Shown here piece after piece: positions 1 through 14,740 of a DNA stretch of 36,727 nt. The first letter of the stretch is position 1, and every line of letters begins with the position of its first letter. Position numbers and translations under genes: made by a program. The notes under the pieces were generated by a model, which was not told the DNA's origin, ran no database searches, and was given only the letters and a program-made list of their open reading frames with translations. This DNA comes from Bigelowiella natans CCMP2755 (Eukaryota > Protista > Cercozoa). The stretch lies in the NCBI GenBank assembly GCA_000320545.1, contig ADNK01002262.1, positions 1 to 36,727 of the forward strand. Direction: 5' to 3'.

Positions 1-70
1 TCCCCCCCCCGTTCCGTTCGTTGTTGTCGTTGTCGTTGTCGTTGTGTATTGGTCGACCGATCACAAACAG

Positions 71-566
71 GTGTGGGTTCCTTATCCTTACCCGGAGGCG
101 CAGCTCAAAGACAGAATCAAGGCTCTTGGTTGTCTTTCGATGATTAATAATACAGACTGTAGCTAATTTTAGATATATATTTTATTTTATATGAAAACAT
201 CTTTGACGTCAATGAAACGCATCACCGGTTAGTGGGCGTCCCTCCTATTCACGTACAATACATGTATGTTCTTTTCATCAATCTCCCTTTCCCTAACTAT
301 CTCTCGTACAAAGCACACACACGCGCGCGCACGTGTTTATTGTAGAAAGCATTCTAGAGAAGGGTCTTAAGACGAATGGTGACAACCCAGGCAGCAGTAG
401 CAGCAGCAGCCTCCTTCTTATGACTCACTCGGGTGCGGATATTTGTACATGTTATCAATACATATAATAAATATAATATACAGTACGTATGCAGTACAGT
501 GATACAACATGTACCATGTGATGAAGTGCGATCTATTTGCTCTGGTTTAAGAAGAAGTAGAAGAAG

Positions 567-636
<70 letters not shown>

Positions 637-701
637 TATAACGCACAAAAGGTCCAGATCTAAGCTCCACCGTCAAAGTAACAGGGTGCGGAAAGCTGCT
701 G

Positions 702-732
<31 letters not shown>

Positions 733-794
733 GACTACTACCTAGAGATATTGTTGTTCCCCGCGTATGTAATATAAATAAATATATAAATATT

Positions 795-836
<42 letters not shown>

Positions 837-1038
837 TGCAAGGATGATGTCCAATTCTCGTCCTCATGGATGTGAATCCGCCTTTCCTTTCCTGCAACGA
901 AAACGTGCTTAATTTCGATGTTTTGAGCAGAGTAGATCCGAATTCTCTGAACAAGCCCGGACTTCGTAGCCACATCATCAATAGGTGAAAAGATGTGTCT
1001 TTATGTGTACATGTGTATGTGTGTGTATGCGTGTGTTT

Positions 1039-1088
<50 letters not shown>

Positions 1089-1403
1089 AGGAAAGGAAGG
1101 AGAGGGGATCAACAACATTAAATCAGGCAAAAGCCAGATTTCAGTATTACGATTACTTATCTTACAATACATACGCAATTCATTTTTCAATTCTAGAAAT
1201 TAACACATATTATCTGAAACTTTTGCCTGCATCTCCCTCCCCCCTCCTTGCTTGCAATAATGACGTTTCTTCTTGCATCTGCAAGCGGAAGTGCATCTCT
1301 CTCACGGCTTCTGAGTAGTCCGATGATTCAAAAATCGTGCATCCTCTCCATGCATGGCCACACCCATCAAGGCATGGGTGAGTCGTAGTAATAGTAGTAG
1401 TAA

Positions 1404-1436
<33 letters not shown>

Positions 1437-1521
1437 CTTGGGTATTAACAATGGCGGGTAAGTAGCGTGTTCTTTGATATAATACCTTGAGCTTGACGTG
1501 AGCTGTGTGTGTGTGACTGAG

Positions 1522-1561
<40 letters not shown>

Positions 1562-2010
1562 GTCTGGCTCGCGTGGGCGGGGTTCCGATTCTAAACCCTG
1601 GCAGCATTCTCCACAGTATTTGGGGGGGGCTAGGGGGTGGGGAATGCAGGGTTCTAAGATTTGCATTGCATGATTTTTTCGATGGTTTTCCCGTTATCTA
1701 TTTGTATGCGATGCGGAAATTTGTTGGGGTCTCGACAGCAAAATATAGTGTACGAATGAAAGGTGAAGTTGTAGGGCCGTTGGGTTCAGCTCATTTATTT
1801 AGATTGCTCGTTTCTAGTGAATGTTTTTAATATTATGCTCTTTCAGCCGGATCGTATAGCCTCGTGACGCTCAGAAAGAAGAAGCAGACGTCAACAACAG
1901 AGAAGAGCGAACACAAAGAGGGTGATAAACCTATTCACAACTATAAAGGACCTTGGTATGTGGCAGATATAAGAACCTTGTTTCTAGAACGCAATGCTAA
2001 TGATGCGTAA
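71..2010 (+). CDS. Calcineurin-like metallophosphoesterase, multi-exon, 5' part outside window
   Basis: GT-AG exons at ~71-128, ~358-431, ~651-684, ~956-984, 1319-1377, 1562-1615, 1847-2010 give ...LLLMTHSGPD...CILSMHGHTHQGMGLARVGGVPILNPGSILHTGSYSLVTL...WYVADIRTLF...*. TH-x-GP, HGHTH and NPGS are the C-terminal metallophosphoesterase motifs. Splicing at 680-960 is unresolved. Confidence 0.75.
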
Positions 2011-2591
2011 GGAAACTGCACACTTTGTTGCCAATCCAGAGTGCACCGATTTTATGCATTTTAACATGGCATCGCCGCATTATGACACATACTAGTATAT
2101 CTAGAGGTGCATTCGTGGACTATATTTAGATGAATATAATAGTGACGTGTTATCATAATTTTACATTGCTGCTTTCGATCAATACGCGAATGAATCGAAT
2201 CCAGGCGCTATGTAGTCGTTAACGCGCACACTGTGCACCGACGCTTTCAGCATGCATGCATAGCTTTATTGTGGTAAGCTTGGCACATGATATCGATCAG
2301 CGCTAAGCAAGCTGTTCCCAGGCTCATGACAATCACCTTTGTGCCTGCTTGCTCCGCGTATCACAACCAATACGCCAAAATGCGTTGCAAGGCTCAAATT
2401 AGTAACGATTTTAAATTAGTAATGAGATCGATGCCGAGAGAAGATAGTAAGTCTCAAGCCATAGAGTAACGTGCAGATTATTTGAACGGTCCTAAATTGA
2501 GTTCTGCTGTTTTATTTAAATAATTTAATTGATATCACAACAGCAATCGACTCGTTGCCCTTCTCTCGTATGACTTGTCCCCGGTCGGCAA

Positions 2592-2941
2592 TTACTTTGC
2601 CGCAGGGCGGAAGCGACCACTTTCCTTCATTATTCTCCCTAGACCCCCACGGGGCCGCGGCCGCGGCCGCGGTCCATTTAACATGTTTATAGGTGGGCGC
2701 GGGAGAGCTGGCGTTGGAGCGATAGGATACGGACGCGGAGGAGGCGGTTTGACGTTCTGATGAGAATAGAATGGGGCATGAAATGATGCATGCTGCACAA
2801 TGATGACCGCCGCTGTACTTGTGGATGATATGTTTGTGGTCTTCACTATGCTATAGATTTTGGCATATTTCTAGGCAAATAATGTGCCCCCCGCACCATT
2901 GCCTCCTCGCCCCCAACCTCTCCTTCAAAATACATATATGT

Positions 2942-2980
<39 letters not shown>

Positions 2981-5730
2981 ATATTATATTTAATATGACG
3001 ATGAGACTCCCTTTTTTCGGCCCACATCGCCATCACCCTATCACTCACATGTATATGTGTATATCGTATATTGTTGTCGTTCCTTTTTACTCACCGGTAT
3101 TGGTCGTGCAGGCAGCTTCTCTCCATCCATAGGTGCTTCAAACCTTTGCCGTTGTAGTATTCGAAAGAAGAAGAACAACAACAAGAAGAAGAAGAAAGAA
3201 GGGGGGAGGGAGAGATAGAGAGAGAGCGCGCACGATAAGGACAGGTGGTTTGATAGAATATCTGTGTAAGTTGATTGCGGTGACTACTTGCATTTCACCA
3301 GTGATAGTGAAAAAAAAGAAAGAAACCACACCTTGGATTGATCCAAATAGCGGGCGCATTCACGTTGAGTCCTTTGCATTCGACTCGCAACTCAATCCTG
3401 GTTTGTGCAAGAAGGGGAGGGAGAGGACGGAGGTTGATGGAACATGTGTTAGATCCAAGAGAACGAGGGAAGAGGTTATGTAACTAATCCAAGGCATGAA
3501 TGAAGGATTATCGATGTCGTTGTTGTTGTTGTTGTTGTTGCTCTATATTCTACTTATTACGTCGATCCATCGTCGGGTCGATATAGAATCTGAGGGATGG
3601 TAAGTTGTTTGAAATAAGATTTTGAAAATTGTTGGACGATGACGACGACGACAAAGAAGAAGAAGAAATGATCGATCATCCGCAATACGTATTCTTTCTC
3701 AACGTCAATCATGCTATGCAGACGGCGCAGAAGTAACTGTGGAAGCAGCACTCAAGAAATACAACAACTTGAAAAAGGGAAACTTGCATCACAACCAAAA
3801 CACACTTTACAGATCATTTTTGTCCTAAGACGAAAAACAGAAGGCATTAGCATGTATACACGCCGCAAGATAAATATTCATGTCGCGCATTGAGAAATCC
3901 TCAAAAACCCATCTCATACGATGTTACATTTTTGCGACCCCCCCCTTTGCAATGCTCTTCTGAGATGTGGTAGCAGTAGTAAGTAGCACTTACCTCGAAC
4001 GATTTCTTCTCAGAGGAGGTCGAGATCCAAGTGTTCGCGTTCCATAGCAGGGCCTTACCATCCCCGTACTGCCATATTGAGAATTGTACGCCTTTCCCCA
4101 ACATCCGAGATCTACATGGAACATGAGAATTGTATCTGTTGTGATCTGCATTCATTCTACGTGCAGCATGGTCAGCAGCCTACATGCAGGCCTTACCCTC
4201 TTAAGAAGGGAGCGAGAGAGGAAGATGATCGGGAAAATAAAAAAAGAAGCGAGCGAAACCGGTCGTCGTGCTTTGTTGATGCATGCAGTCTTTGTCTCTC
4301 ACTTTTGTGAATCGTCAATGCTGACGGAGCCACGGAAGAAACTGGCTGATATATCCTGATGGAAGAAGAGAATCCTGCGAATCATACTAGTGCTAATAAC
4401 TAAGAAAAATGATAATGATGATGATGATGGGGATCATGGCGCCGATGATGGTGTCCTATGATGACGACAACAGAGAAGGCCGCGGAAAATAGATAATCAT
4501 CATCTGCTCTGGGGGTGATATTCGTGTAGTCAGTTACGATGATGACCACCACCTTATCCACGGTGAATCTGACAGTGCAAGCTGAGTTTGCGCGTGGGAA
4601 CCTACGGTGCGATTATTTGCAGTGTGTTCCTTCACCGAGCTAAAACTTCGGTACTTCACGAGAACGAATTTCTTCGGAAGAACATGCACGATTTTCAATT
4701 TCCCTTTCCAACAGGAGTAGTTGCCGGTTGTATTTTGTTTTAGCATGCGGACGATCTGCTCCATGTTAGAGGCGATTCATATCATATTACATCCCAACGC
4801 CGTGTTCAATAGCCTCGCCTCCGGATGTAATCTTTAAACCCTTTTCGAGTAAATGCAATAAGTGAGGGTGCACGAGGAAGACGTCAATACATCGTGAAAT
4901 CATCATTGATCTCTTTCGTTCAGCCTGCTCGTGCCGAACGACAAGCATCATTGGCAGTAGTTGTAGTTGGAGTGCCAACTATAGCAGTTGTGGGAATATA
5001 TGATATAAATATTGATGAAATCAATTTTACATTGTGTCCAAGCTCTGACCCAAGCCCGAGTTTTCCTTTTCCTGTGATAGGAGTGTGCAGAAATAAGATC
5101 AGGAGTGTGCAGAAATAAGATCAGCCAAAGTATCTCCACAGCTCCCTCCCCCCCTATGTGTGTGGGGGGAGGGGGGTATAATTTAGATCATGTATCCGAC
5201 CACCACCACCGCCATTATCATCAATGAGACGTTTGAAATACCTATGTTCAAGATCTCATCCACCTGTGAAATATACGTGAATTATGGGAAAGCGAAGTTG
5301 ATGAAAATGGAATTTGTGCATTTTAATAATAACTGCGGCTACTTTAAGGCATTCTTCAAGTTAGACTATTCTCCTTCTCCCCTCCTTCCCTCTTCTCACG
5401 CACGACACTGATTGACTACCTTCATATCGGAGAGAAAATACGGTTTCACGGCCTAGTACACGAAGCGGATAATGAAGAAAAGATTCAGGGTTGCGTTTGC
5501 GTTTGTATATAGGTTTTCCGGTTTCCGGAAAAATGCCATGTAATACAGTAAAATATGAATTATTTTTGCTTTGTAGATACTAATTAGAGTCTTGTTGTTC
5601 AATATCGTTTGTGGTGCACCACCATCCAATGTCTGCTTATGTGCAAGTGTGAGTAGTAAGTGATAACAACCACCTTGAACTCTTGAAACCTTCGCAACAA
5701 TTTCGCTCTACATACAACAGTAGACCACAT

Positions 5731-5764
<34 letters not shown>

Positions 5765-7051
5765 CATTACATGTGCATTATCATAATCCTGTACGCATCC
5801 TATTCAAGATCTTACAAAACCCCCATGAGTAGCTATTGTTGAACTGTTCTCTGGTTGTGCTACCTGTGGCCAGGCTTCACTCCAGCCTTCTCTAGCAGAG
5901 CCTCTCTTTCATCATGACTCATGTATGAAATCTCCTCCAGCGATGCCCCTCCCTAACGCAGAAAAAGAACGATACGAATGTCTAAGATGTAACATCGCTT
6001 GCGTGCTGCTTTCGGAATGATTCCGGGGGGGACACCCACAATTTATGGTTCTCTTTTGTGCTATGATACAGCCAAATCACTGTTTTCAGTGACGTCAAAG
6101 TGTGACGAAATTTCGATTCTAGAATTGTCTATCATGCATGTTAAAACTGACGGATTTCCATAGCGCTGGGTCCTCGATGTCCTGAATAATTAAATGATTC
6201 AAAGTATTCTTATCTGCGATCTTTTCGCATTGACAATTACTTCATACCATGATTCATATGTACTATGCATACATGTTTAAAGAAGAACACATAGAAGCGA
6301 ACCTCTTGGTAATTTTGTAGGTTTAATTCCTTCAGTATCCCCCTCAATTGCTCTGCACACATGAGGGAATGATTGAGATATCAGCATGTAGTTAAATGGC
6401 AACGTTGATGTAACTCTAAGGGGTACCACATCCAGATTTCTGGGGCTTTGAGCTGTGTCCCTTCTGAAATTAGAAAGTAATGTTGCCGGAGAAATTGGAA
6501 ATATGATCACGTTAAGATTAAAAACCTTATCTTGTTCTGGGTTTTTATCGGTTTTGCCTGAACAGAGGAATTAGTTCAGAAGAAGCCTCTTAATAAAGTG
6601 GGCAATAAACTTCGTAAATTTCGTTATATAATCTATGTTATCCCTTGCCCTCTTCACACACATGTATGATATCAATAACAGCCTCACCCCAAGTTCCCTC
6701 TTTGATTGCTTTGAAGGCCTTGCGCATTCCTGCCTGAGTATTAAGTTGCACTTTAGTTTACCTCTCTAAGACCAAGGTTAACAACGTACCTTTTCGGAGA
6801 GTTTTATTTTCATGCCGCTTTGTGCACAATCTTGGAGGAATTCGTTGATGTCCTATCAAAGGTGGGGATATAAAATGGGAACAAGGCAATAGAAATAAAA
6901 AAAGGCAGCAGAGGCGCAAAACGATGACGTGCAAGCATCTTAGAACCTCCGCTTCCAGAAATTCGAGGCCCTTTGGCTCCTCTATGCCCTGTTCCTTCAG
7001 TTTGGGTCCCAGACGTTCGATGTTGAACTCTTTCAAGAAAGCCTCCATCAT
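2592..7051 (-). CDS. Multi-exon protein with 2-3 N-terminal SAM-like domains and a Pro/Arg-rich C-terminus
   Basis: Minus-strand exons with GT-AG borders read MMEAFLKEFNIERLGPKLKEQGIEEPKGLEFLEAE|DINEFLQDCAQSGMKIKLSEK, EQLRGILKELNLQNYQE, and SLEEISYMSHDEREALLEKAGVKPGHR|AKLLRRFQEFK (SAM-type GxKxGHR). Further short exons run to a terminal exon NVKPPPPRPYP...RPAAK* (stop at 2592). The middle of the model is tentative. Confidence 0.6.
5079..5122. repeat. Perfect 22-bp tandem duplication (intronic)
   Basis: aggagtgtgcagaaataagatc at 5079-5100 and 5101-5122. Confidence 0.9.
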
Positions 7052-7475
7052 TGTTCGTATGTTCCTTCGAAGCTTGGATTCAGTTGTGACGTTGACGGAA
7101 GAATGGCGTTTTAAGTTTGAATCCCAGCACGTTCTAGTCGTGCGACTTCGCTTCCCGGCCAACTGATGGGATTTTACACAGGTGGTCTGAGGACCATGTA
7201 CATCGAGCAAAAATGGCCTGGGTTTCACAACGGTCTTGCGTCTCCAACCGAATGTGAATTGATTGGCTGTTGGTCGGTACGGGTGCGAGTCAGAAAGATT
7301 TGAGGAGCACCTAAATTAAAAGCTCACGTCGTCGGCCTACATGTAGTTGTACCGGTATGAAATTGCTGTCGTAGGCCTTTACTTGAGGGGAATTCGTTGA
7401 GTTTGTTCCGTTCAAGATTCCCTATTCAAGTAGACAGATTTCATCCTGCCCTAGAGCTTCCAGCGCGAGCGAACG

Positions 7476-9311
7476 ATGGGTGCGGTGGCGCTGCGAGCTG
7501 TAGAGACAATCTGATGATCGATTTTAATTGTGTTGCATTCAATTTTGCAATGTTACAAAGATGATTCGAACCGAAAGGTTTCTGCTGAGTTATTCGCTCT
7601 CCACTTGTCGTACGTACATAGCAAATCCACGAGGCGCTAGCAGCGAATCTAGAGTTGTCACCGTGAAGAGAGAAGAAATTCCCGGTATTCTTCGAGATCG
7701 AACCCCGCTAAGCAATATTGTTGTGGATGGCTCCAACCTCAATGGCCCTCTACGCTACGCAATAGTCACAGGAGACACGGCATTGGTCAAACAGATCCTC
7801 GCCAAAGGGTGCTGCGGTTACCACATATAACACGAACATCATCGCATCAATCTCTTCCTGTCTCTCGCAATGACACAGCTGCGTTTTCTTCTTTTCCCTT
7901 CATGTTTGCTTTTGGTAGAATAATGGTGGGGGTGAACGCCGTTGGACAAGACAACTTGTCCCACCTGCATATGGCGTGCTCTGACATCATCGACGAAGGT
8001 AGGTAGAGGGTTAGGTGGAAAACGGAAAAACAAAAGCCGTGATCAAATCAAACCAGAGCTGAAACAATCTCGAAGCAGACTTAAATACACAAACAATTTT
8101 TAGTCGGATACGTGTAGCAAGCTGTGATTGCATCGTGATACTTCAACTGGGAGCAGTTAGTTTCGCAAATTGTCCTCTTGAGAATCATTATTTACGTTTG
8201 CGATTCAGATGATGCGTGTGTCATCGCCAAAGCCTTGATCGAGAATGGTGCCCACACAGAGCTGCGCACTAAAGACGTCAACTGGTTCTCCTGCTGCTTT
8301 ACTTACCTCTCTGCTTAATTGCATGTGTATGTGCGTGCGTGTGTGCGTGTGTGTGGGTGTGCGTGCGTTACGTGTGTAGGCGACGATGGCGTGTTTTTTC
8401 ATATTCGCTTATGAACGAACAATATCCTTTAAACAACTCGAAAGGAAAGGAGGTTCTGGAGGGGATGCGCCAGGCGGGGGCTCTGGAGTGAAGGCTGGAG
8501 TGGTACAAATGTATGAAACTGGAGGACGGACATGCCTTCATCTGGCCGCCGAAAGAGGCCTTGTGAAGCTAACACGGCTGTTGCTTGACCAAGGTAGTGG
8601 TGGTAATTGTAGGCAGCTAAAGGGGAAAGAGCAAAAACAATGATTCATCGTTTTTGGAGGAAAATCTCGATATGTTCCGAGCCGTGAGATGTCCGTTCTC
8701 AATTTTACCTCAAACGTTGTCATCATACGAGAAACATTCGTCGGTATTCTTCATCGCCATGTTGTAAGAAGAAACCCTGATTTCCGAATCTGGGCTGCTG
8801 TGCGTGTTCTCTGCGGCCGTCGCCATCCTTTCATCGCTCGTAGCTATGATTCATTCATTTGTATGTGAGCTCAATTATTCAAAAACTCCTCCCCCCCCTC
8901 TTCCCTTGCTCGGAATACATTATCCTGGTGCTAGGTGCTGAGGTGTTCGTGTGGGACAACGACGGGGACACGCCTCTCTCCCTTTTCTCCCGGTCAAAAA
9001 GGGTTCAGCGCATTATGTCGGAAAAGAAGGGGGAAACCAACACCAACAACAACCATCAAGAAACCTGCCCAAGGGCTAGCATTACTGTGTTGATGGAGAG
9101 GCTTAAGGGGGGTGACAATAATAGCAGCGAGAAGAAGGAGGCAGTGTCAGAGTCACGAGCACGGCAAATGCGTATGCGGGCGAGAATCACTCGGGCTGCG
9201 AAGAGAGATGCACGTGCAATGCGCCTGGAAACCATCGGCATTATACGCCGAGAATTCGATTGGAGAGGTTAGTGTCATGATTCCACAATTGTACTCATCA
9301 ACACCACCATT

Positions 9312-9344
<33 letters not shown>

Positions 9345-9555
9345 GCTATCGCTCGTCATCGTTGTTGTTATCGTTATCATCATGTTTGGAAAGGTGTGAA
9401 TGTATTGGATGAAGAGAAGGTCTTCGATCCTCGGTTTCTCTCCGCATACAATACGGACCACCAAAAGCCGCCTCACGAGCGATCGAAGCTGCAAAAACTG
9501 CTCTATAGACCGGTAGTGTCAGTAGTCGTCGTAGTAGTAACAGTAGGAGAAGTAG

Positions 9556-9607
<52 letters not shown>

Positions 9608-9867
9608 TGGCTGCATATATTTTAATATTACGAATGTAACATCTGTTTATACCTATTTTGATGTGTGTTATTGATAAGGCTCCTAAGCATCCGAAGCTAG
9701 CCGTGTGGGCCTTCACAATGCTGTCGAGGACATACTGCGACAGCCTCATGGAAGCTCTCGGCCGTTTCGAGGCTTTTAAAAAGGTCACCACATTCAAGAG
9801 ACATTCTCACCGCATTCAAGAGACATTGCAATCAATAGATCATCACTTTCATTACCATCATCATCGT

Positions 9868-9898
<31 letters not shown>

Positions 9899-10758
9899 CC
9901 GCCCCCCTCCCCCCTTCCCGTCCTCCGCCTGTTGCTTGGCAAAAAGTAGGCCCGGGGGCTGAAGATCCGTCGATCTGGGTCGCGTTACGGCGCTTTGTTC
10001 AATCATGTTGGCTTTCAAGAGGTATTACAGTAATACCTTGTGGCAAGTTTTCTTCACGTTTTTCCTCTTTCTTATCTTATTTCTCTCCCTGCTCTTCTTG
10101 TTGCTCTCCTTGGCTTGTTTTCTATCTGTTCTATTCAATCCATCCATCCCCTTCGTCTTCCCCGTCCAATAGTGTGAATCATCCATAGCTTTCTTGTTTA
10201 CACGTCTCTCCTTCTTCTTCTTCTTGTTTCTTTTTCTTTCTTCTGTATCATCATGTTGTCGTTGATGGTCATCATCACCGGCATAATCGTCCTCCTCTCC
10301 TTTAGTTCTTTGACACCCTTGTCCGAAGGTACCTGCGTGCCCTCGCTGAAATCGTGTATCCTGAGGAATGCCAGGTGATAGTGCTATAGAAGAAGGCCGA
10401 ATCATGGCAACGACAACACTCCCTGTTATATCCGAAATGTACCGCCGTGTCGTGTCCAAAGGCATGCGCGACTGTCGGTAGTTTATACTTTCCCTCTCCT
10501 CTCTGACTTTCTCCAAATCATACATCGCTCAGCGTGTGGTGAAGAATTGCGTTGTCGCAGCATTAGAATTGCCACTAATGTGATTGTTGTTGCCTACAGG
10601 AGTTTCATCAGCAGCACAGCTTCCTCGTCAGCTATGAGGTGGTGGTGATGGTGGTGGTGGTGGTGGTGGTGATGACGTGCACACTCTCTATCTCCTCTAA
10701 GTGTTACATGCGCAGTTTTGTGTTGGAACATCAAGTCTTTATTAGGTGTACGTTTGTC

Positions 10759-10796
<38 letters not shown>

Positions 10797-10991
10797 CTAT
10801 ATGAGCGTGGTCGCACGTTTCTACTGCTATACGCTAGTATATTGAGCGATGTGTCTGTTTGTTGTGTGTTGCTTGTCCTCCTTCTTCTCGCCGCAACAAC
10901 ATCGCAGCCTGGAAAGGAAATTCGACAAAACACGCATGCTGACGATTCCACCCTTACAGTCAACTATTGCCTGTAAGTGATGTGATAACAA

Positions 10992-11027
<36 letters not shown>

Positions 11028-11057
11028 TGAAAACAATCCTTTATATTTTTATATGTA

Positions 11058-11095
<38 letters not shown>

Positions 11096-11099
11096 TATG

Positions 11100-11141
<42 letters not shown>

Positions 11142-11764
11142 GTGTGTGTTTGTGTGTGTGTGTGCGTATAAAGTGCTGCATTTTGTAATTGACGACAACC
11201 TCAAAATCTAGAGAACGACGATGATGACGAACGTTCGTCATCCTCATCCTTTCCCATCGTTGTCATCTTCCCATCATCATTTTTATGCAATCGATTCTGT
11301 ATCCTATTTTTATGGTCCCCCTCCTTCCTCCCCCTCATTCTCCCATTTTCCCTATCATCACCGCCATCACCACCACCACCACCACCACCACCATCATCCT
11401 CATCATCATCATCATCATCACATGAACATCCAGTGGCACAGTCGATGAAAAAGGGGAGCGCAACTGGGATGGAGGGGACCTCTTCTTCTACTGGGAGAGG
11501 GAACAGGAGAACGAGACTAAGGGGGAGGGGGAGAAGGAGGAGATAGGGGGGGGGGCGAAAGGGAATGAGAACAGGACAAAGGAGGGCAACAACGATCATG
11601 TAGCCGAGGAGAAAGAGGATGTGGCGGGAGGGAGCGCGAAAAGCGCGAAGAACAATCACAACAACCCTCGTGATGCCAGGAAGGATCTTCCGCCATTGCG
11701 GCCAGATGAAAAGGGTAAAGATTCTATGGCGTCACACATTATCTCTCTCTCCGCGTTCTAATTG

Positions 11765-11814
<50 letters not shown>

Positions 11815-12208
11815 GACTGTCTGCATGAAAAGGAGCGGATGGGAAATTGCCACAGCCTCAACCTCTCTGGGTCTATCCACATAAGGTATTATTAGTAGTA
11901 ACAATAGTAAGTAGTAGCAGTAGTAATAGTAGGAGGAGGAGGTGGAGGAGGAGGAGGGGATTTATAGGAAGGAAGGGGGAGAGATGCGGTAGCTTCCTAC
12001 GAGGACAGTTAGGTAGCAATAAAATCCATGCCCTGATTGGCCATTCAGCCTTTCTATTTGCGCATAGATGATGCTCCTCTACTGCTTGGTCGTTTTCTGG
12101 ATGATGATTTCATTATTGTAGTCTTAGCACGCCCATGGTTATAGGCTTGCTGTTGGTGATGATACTCTCTGCGCACGAGCGTGCATAACCACGTGTCGTT
12201 GGCGCGGA

Positions 12209-12255
<47 letters not shown>

Positions 12256-12401
12256 GTGTGTGTGTGTGGTGTTGCTTTCAGATTGGACACGGGATTTTCC
12301 ATCTTGGGCGTCAATATCACGGAGCCTATCCCCTCACCTCTGGCCGCCGGGTGAACCTCATCATGTGGGGACGCGCGGAGGAACGGAGCGGAAGATTGTG
12401 A
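7476..12401 (+). CDS. Ankyrin-repeat + OGFOD2/PLOD-like Fe(II)/2-oxoglutarate dioxygenase fusion, ~15-16 exons
   Basis: Ankyrin exons: PLRYAIVTGDTALVKQILAKG, GRTCLHLAAERGLVKLTRLLLDQG, DNDGDTPL. Dioxygenase exons join in phase: FFDTLVRRYLRALAEIVYPEECQ (10306-10374), EFHQQHSFLVSYE, PGKEIRQNTHADDSTLTVNYCL (10908-10972; HxD), GTVDEKGERNWDGGDLFF (from 11434), WVYPHK|IGHGIFHLGRQYHGAYPLTSGRRVNLIMWG (12282-12401; distal His and 2OG-binding Arg). Start codon uncertain. Confidence 0.8.
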
Positions 12402-13156
12402 CTTATTAGCGTGCACGCACCTGCAACATTACGTGCGTCGCGCATCGCATAGCTAGCAGCATTGGAGTGCGATGTACATCGCAGACGTGATTCCTTCACT
12501 CACGCTACGGCAAACGGGCTAAGGAATTATTTTCTGGAATTGTTTTTACCATAAATGAAGAACATGTATGCATATATGTAAGACGGGTGTATATGATATG
12601 TATGTCCTGAACTTGTTGACTGAATTTGCTCGCAGTCGCCAGAACGCCTGCGTCGTTGTCACACACATGCCAGCATTCAGACATTTTGCGGCGCACCAGG
12701 CTAGCAGGCCCATGCGCACAATGAGCCCCTGTCATCATTTGATCCTGTCTGTGAGTCATTGTCATCTGGCCATCGCTAGATCGTACCTTCATGTCGCTGT
12801 ACGTATGTAGATTATCACCGCGCTGCTTGCTAGCTTCTTGTGCTCAGACGTCCACATGTGTTGAAAAGGAAACTTGTCCAGATCGATTCTTCGCATGGCG
12901 CACGCGCGTGCATAATCTAGTGATGATGAGACTAGCGTGTGCTGGCAAGTTTTTTGCATTTATTTAGTAGTCTTAAGGCCGAACATCTACGTGACGCTGA
13001 GGCAGTACGTAACGCCACACGATATTTACGCATCGCTTGATAACCGCCTCGCTTGTGCACGTACGTCCGATCCCCATCGTGTGCGCTATTGGATACACAA
13101 TATGTCTCGATGTGCTCGATGCTGTCATCCGCTTCACAATCATTTCTAATGACGCA

Positions 13157-13574
13157 CTAACGGTGGCGATAGATGAAAGGGCCGGAGGCTTGCAGTGCTC
13201 TCACAGTCACCTCGAAACGAGTAGTAGTGGTGGTGGTGGTGGCCGTGGTAGAAGTCGCATCATCCGGAGGCAGAGGATGCACGTTTCGATAGGGTCCAGG
13301 AACTCTCTGCCAAACGGATATGTAATGCGACGATAACATGTCATATCGAAGCTAAGCATTTATTTACACCCAACGCACACGCACACATAATTAGCTGGCC
13401 GACATGTAATTAACATCAACGTACGGCTCTTCCCTCGCTGTGGCCTCTTATCGTCGAGAACTTGTCTTTGTTGTCACTGTGGACATGGTAGACTACAGCA
13501 GCGATAAAACAGCATGAAGACAACACGAACGGTATTTATCAGTTTAAGGTATCCATGGTAAGAGAGAGAGCGGC

Positions 13575-13651
<77 letters not shown>

Positions 13652-14014
13652 ACGTGCGCGCGTGTGAGTATGCAGCTACAGTGAACGAAGCTTGATTTTC
13701 CCTCGGAGTGTACATCGGGATCTCACGTACAACAACAGGAGCATCATAACAAGACCAAAATGGCTTCAATTGGTGTGGAAAACAACGGCGCTCGCTTTTG
13801 CTTGTTAAGAAGCTGGCTCGCAGGGAGGCAAGCGTCGTTGTGTTCGCAGTCACCAATATTCGTAATCGCTCTCGAATGATTTTTATCAAAAAAATATTCC
13901 TGAGTGTGTTTCTCTGCATACTACTTTTGATGGTGTGGCAAGGGTTTAGGACGTGATATCCATTCCTCGCCATGTTGTACGCAATTCGATTGTCACATCC
14001 GGGCTGCCTGAGAA

Positions 14015-14051
<37 letters not shown>

Positions 14052-14092
14052 GACGACGTGGAGGTTAGGTTTGTGGAGGATTAAACAGAGTC

Positions 14093-14131
<39 letters not shown>

Positions 14132-14321
14132 ACTTTGAGTGAGTGAGTGAGTGAGTAAGTGAGTGAGTTTTTTTGAAAAGTTGAATTGCGAACGAACTGA
14201 TGCAAAGTCGGTCTCCTAATGCAGAGAAACCGTGTCGCCACATCATAAGAGAGGCAGGGGTATTTGTTTGATTTGGCAGTGTTTGGGAATGATTATTTGT
14301 TGCTACGGGTAGATCAGTCAG

Positions 14322-14359
<38 letters not shown>

Positions 14360-14417
14360 CGTAGTACCCTAATCGGAACTCAGAGTCGGGAATGTAGAAA
14401 GGTGACTACGTGCGCAC

Positions 14418-14453
<36 letters not shown>

Positions 14454-14692
14454 CGCGAAGAAAACTATGAATGGTGCAAACAAGCTAATCCATTCTGCAA
14501 CTACTTATTACGACATGCAACGACTAGTACTACTTCATTATTGTCAATGTCGATACAACGAAGGCGAGGCCATGAATGTAATCTTATTCTCACGGCAAAG
14601 ATCTGACCGAGACAGAACTACCTCGTCGCTGTAAAAGAATGTATATAGCCGCAACGTGTACATGCACATACGTTGCTCGCACTAGCTGATTG

Positions 14693-14740
<48 letters not shown>

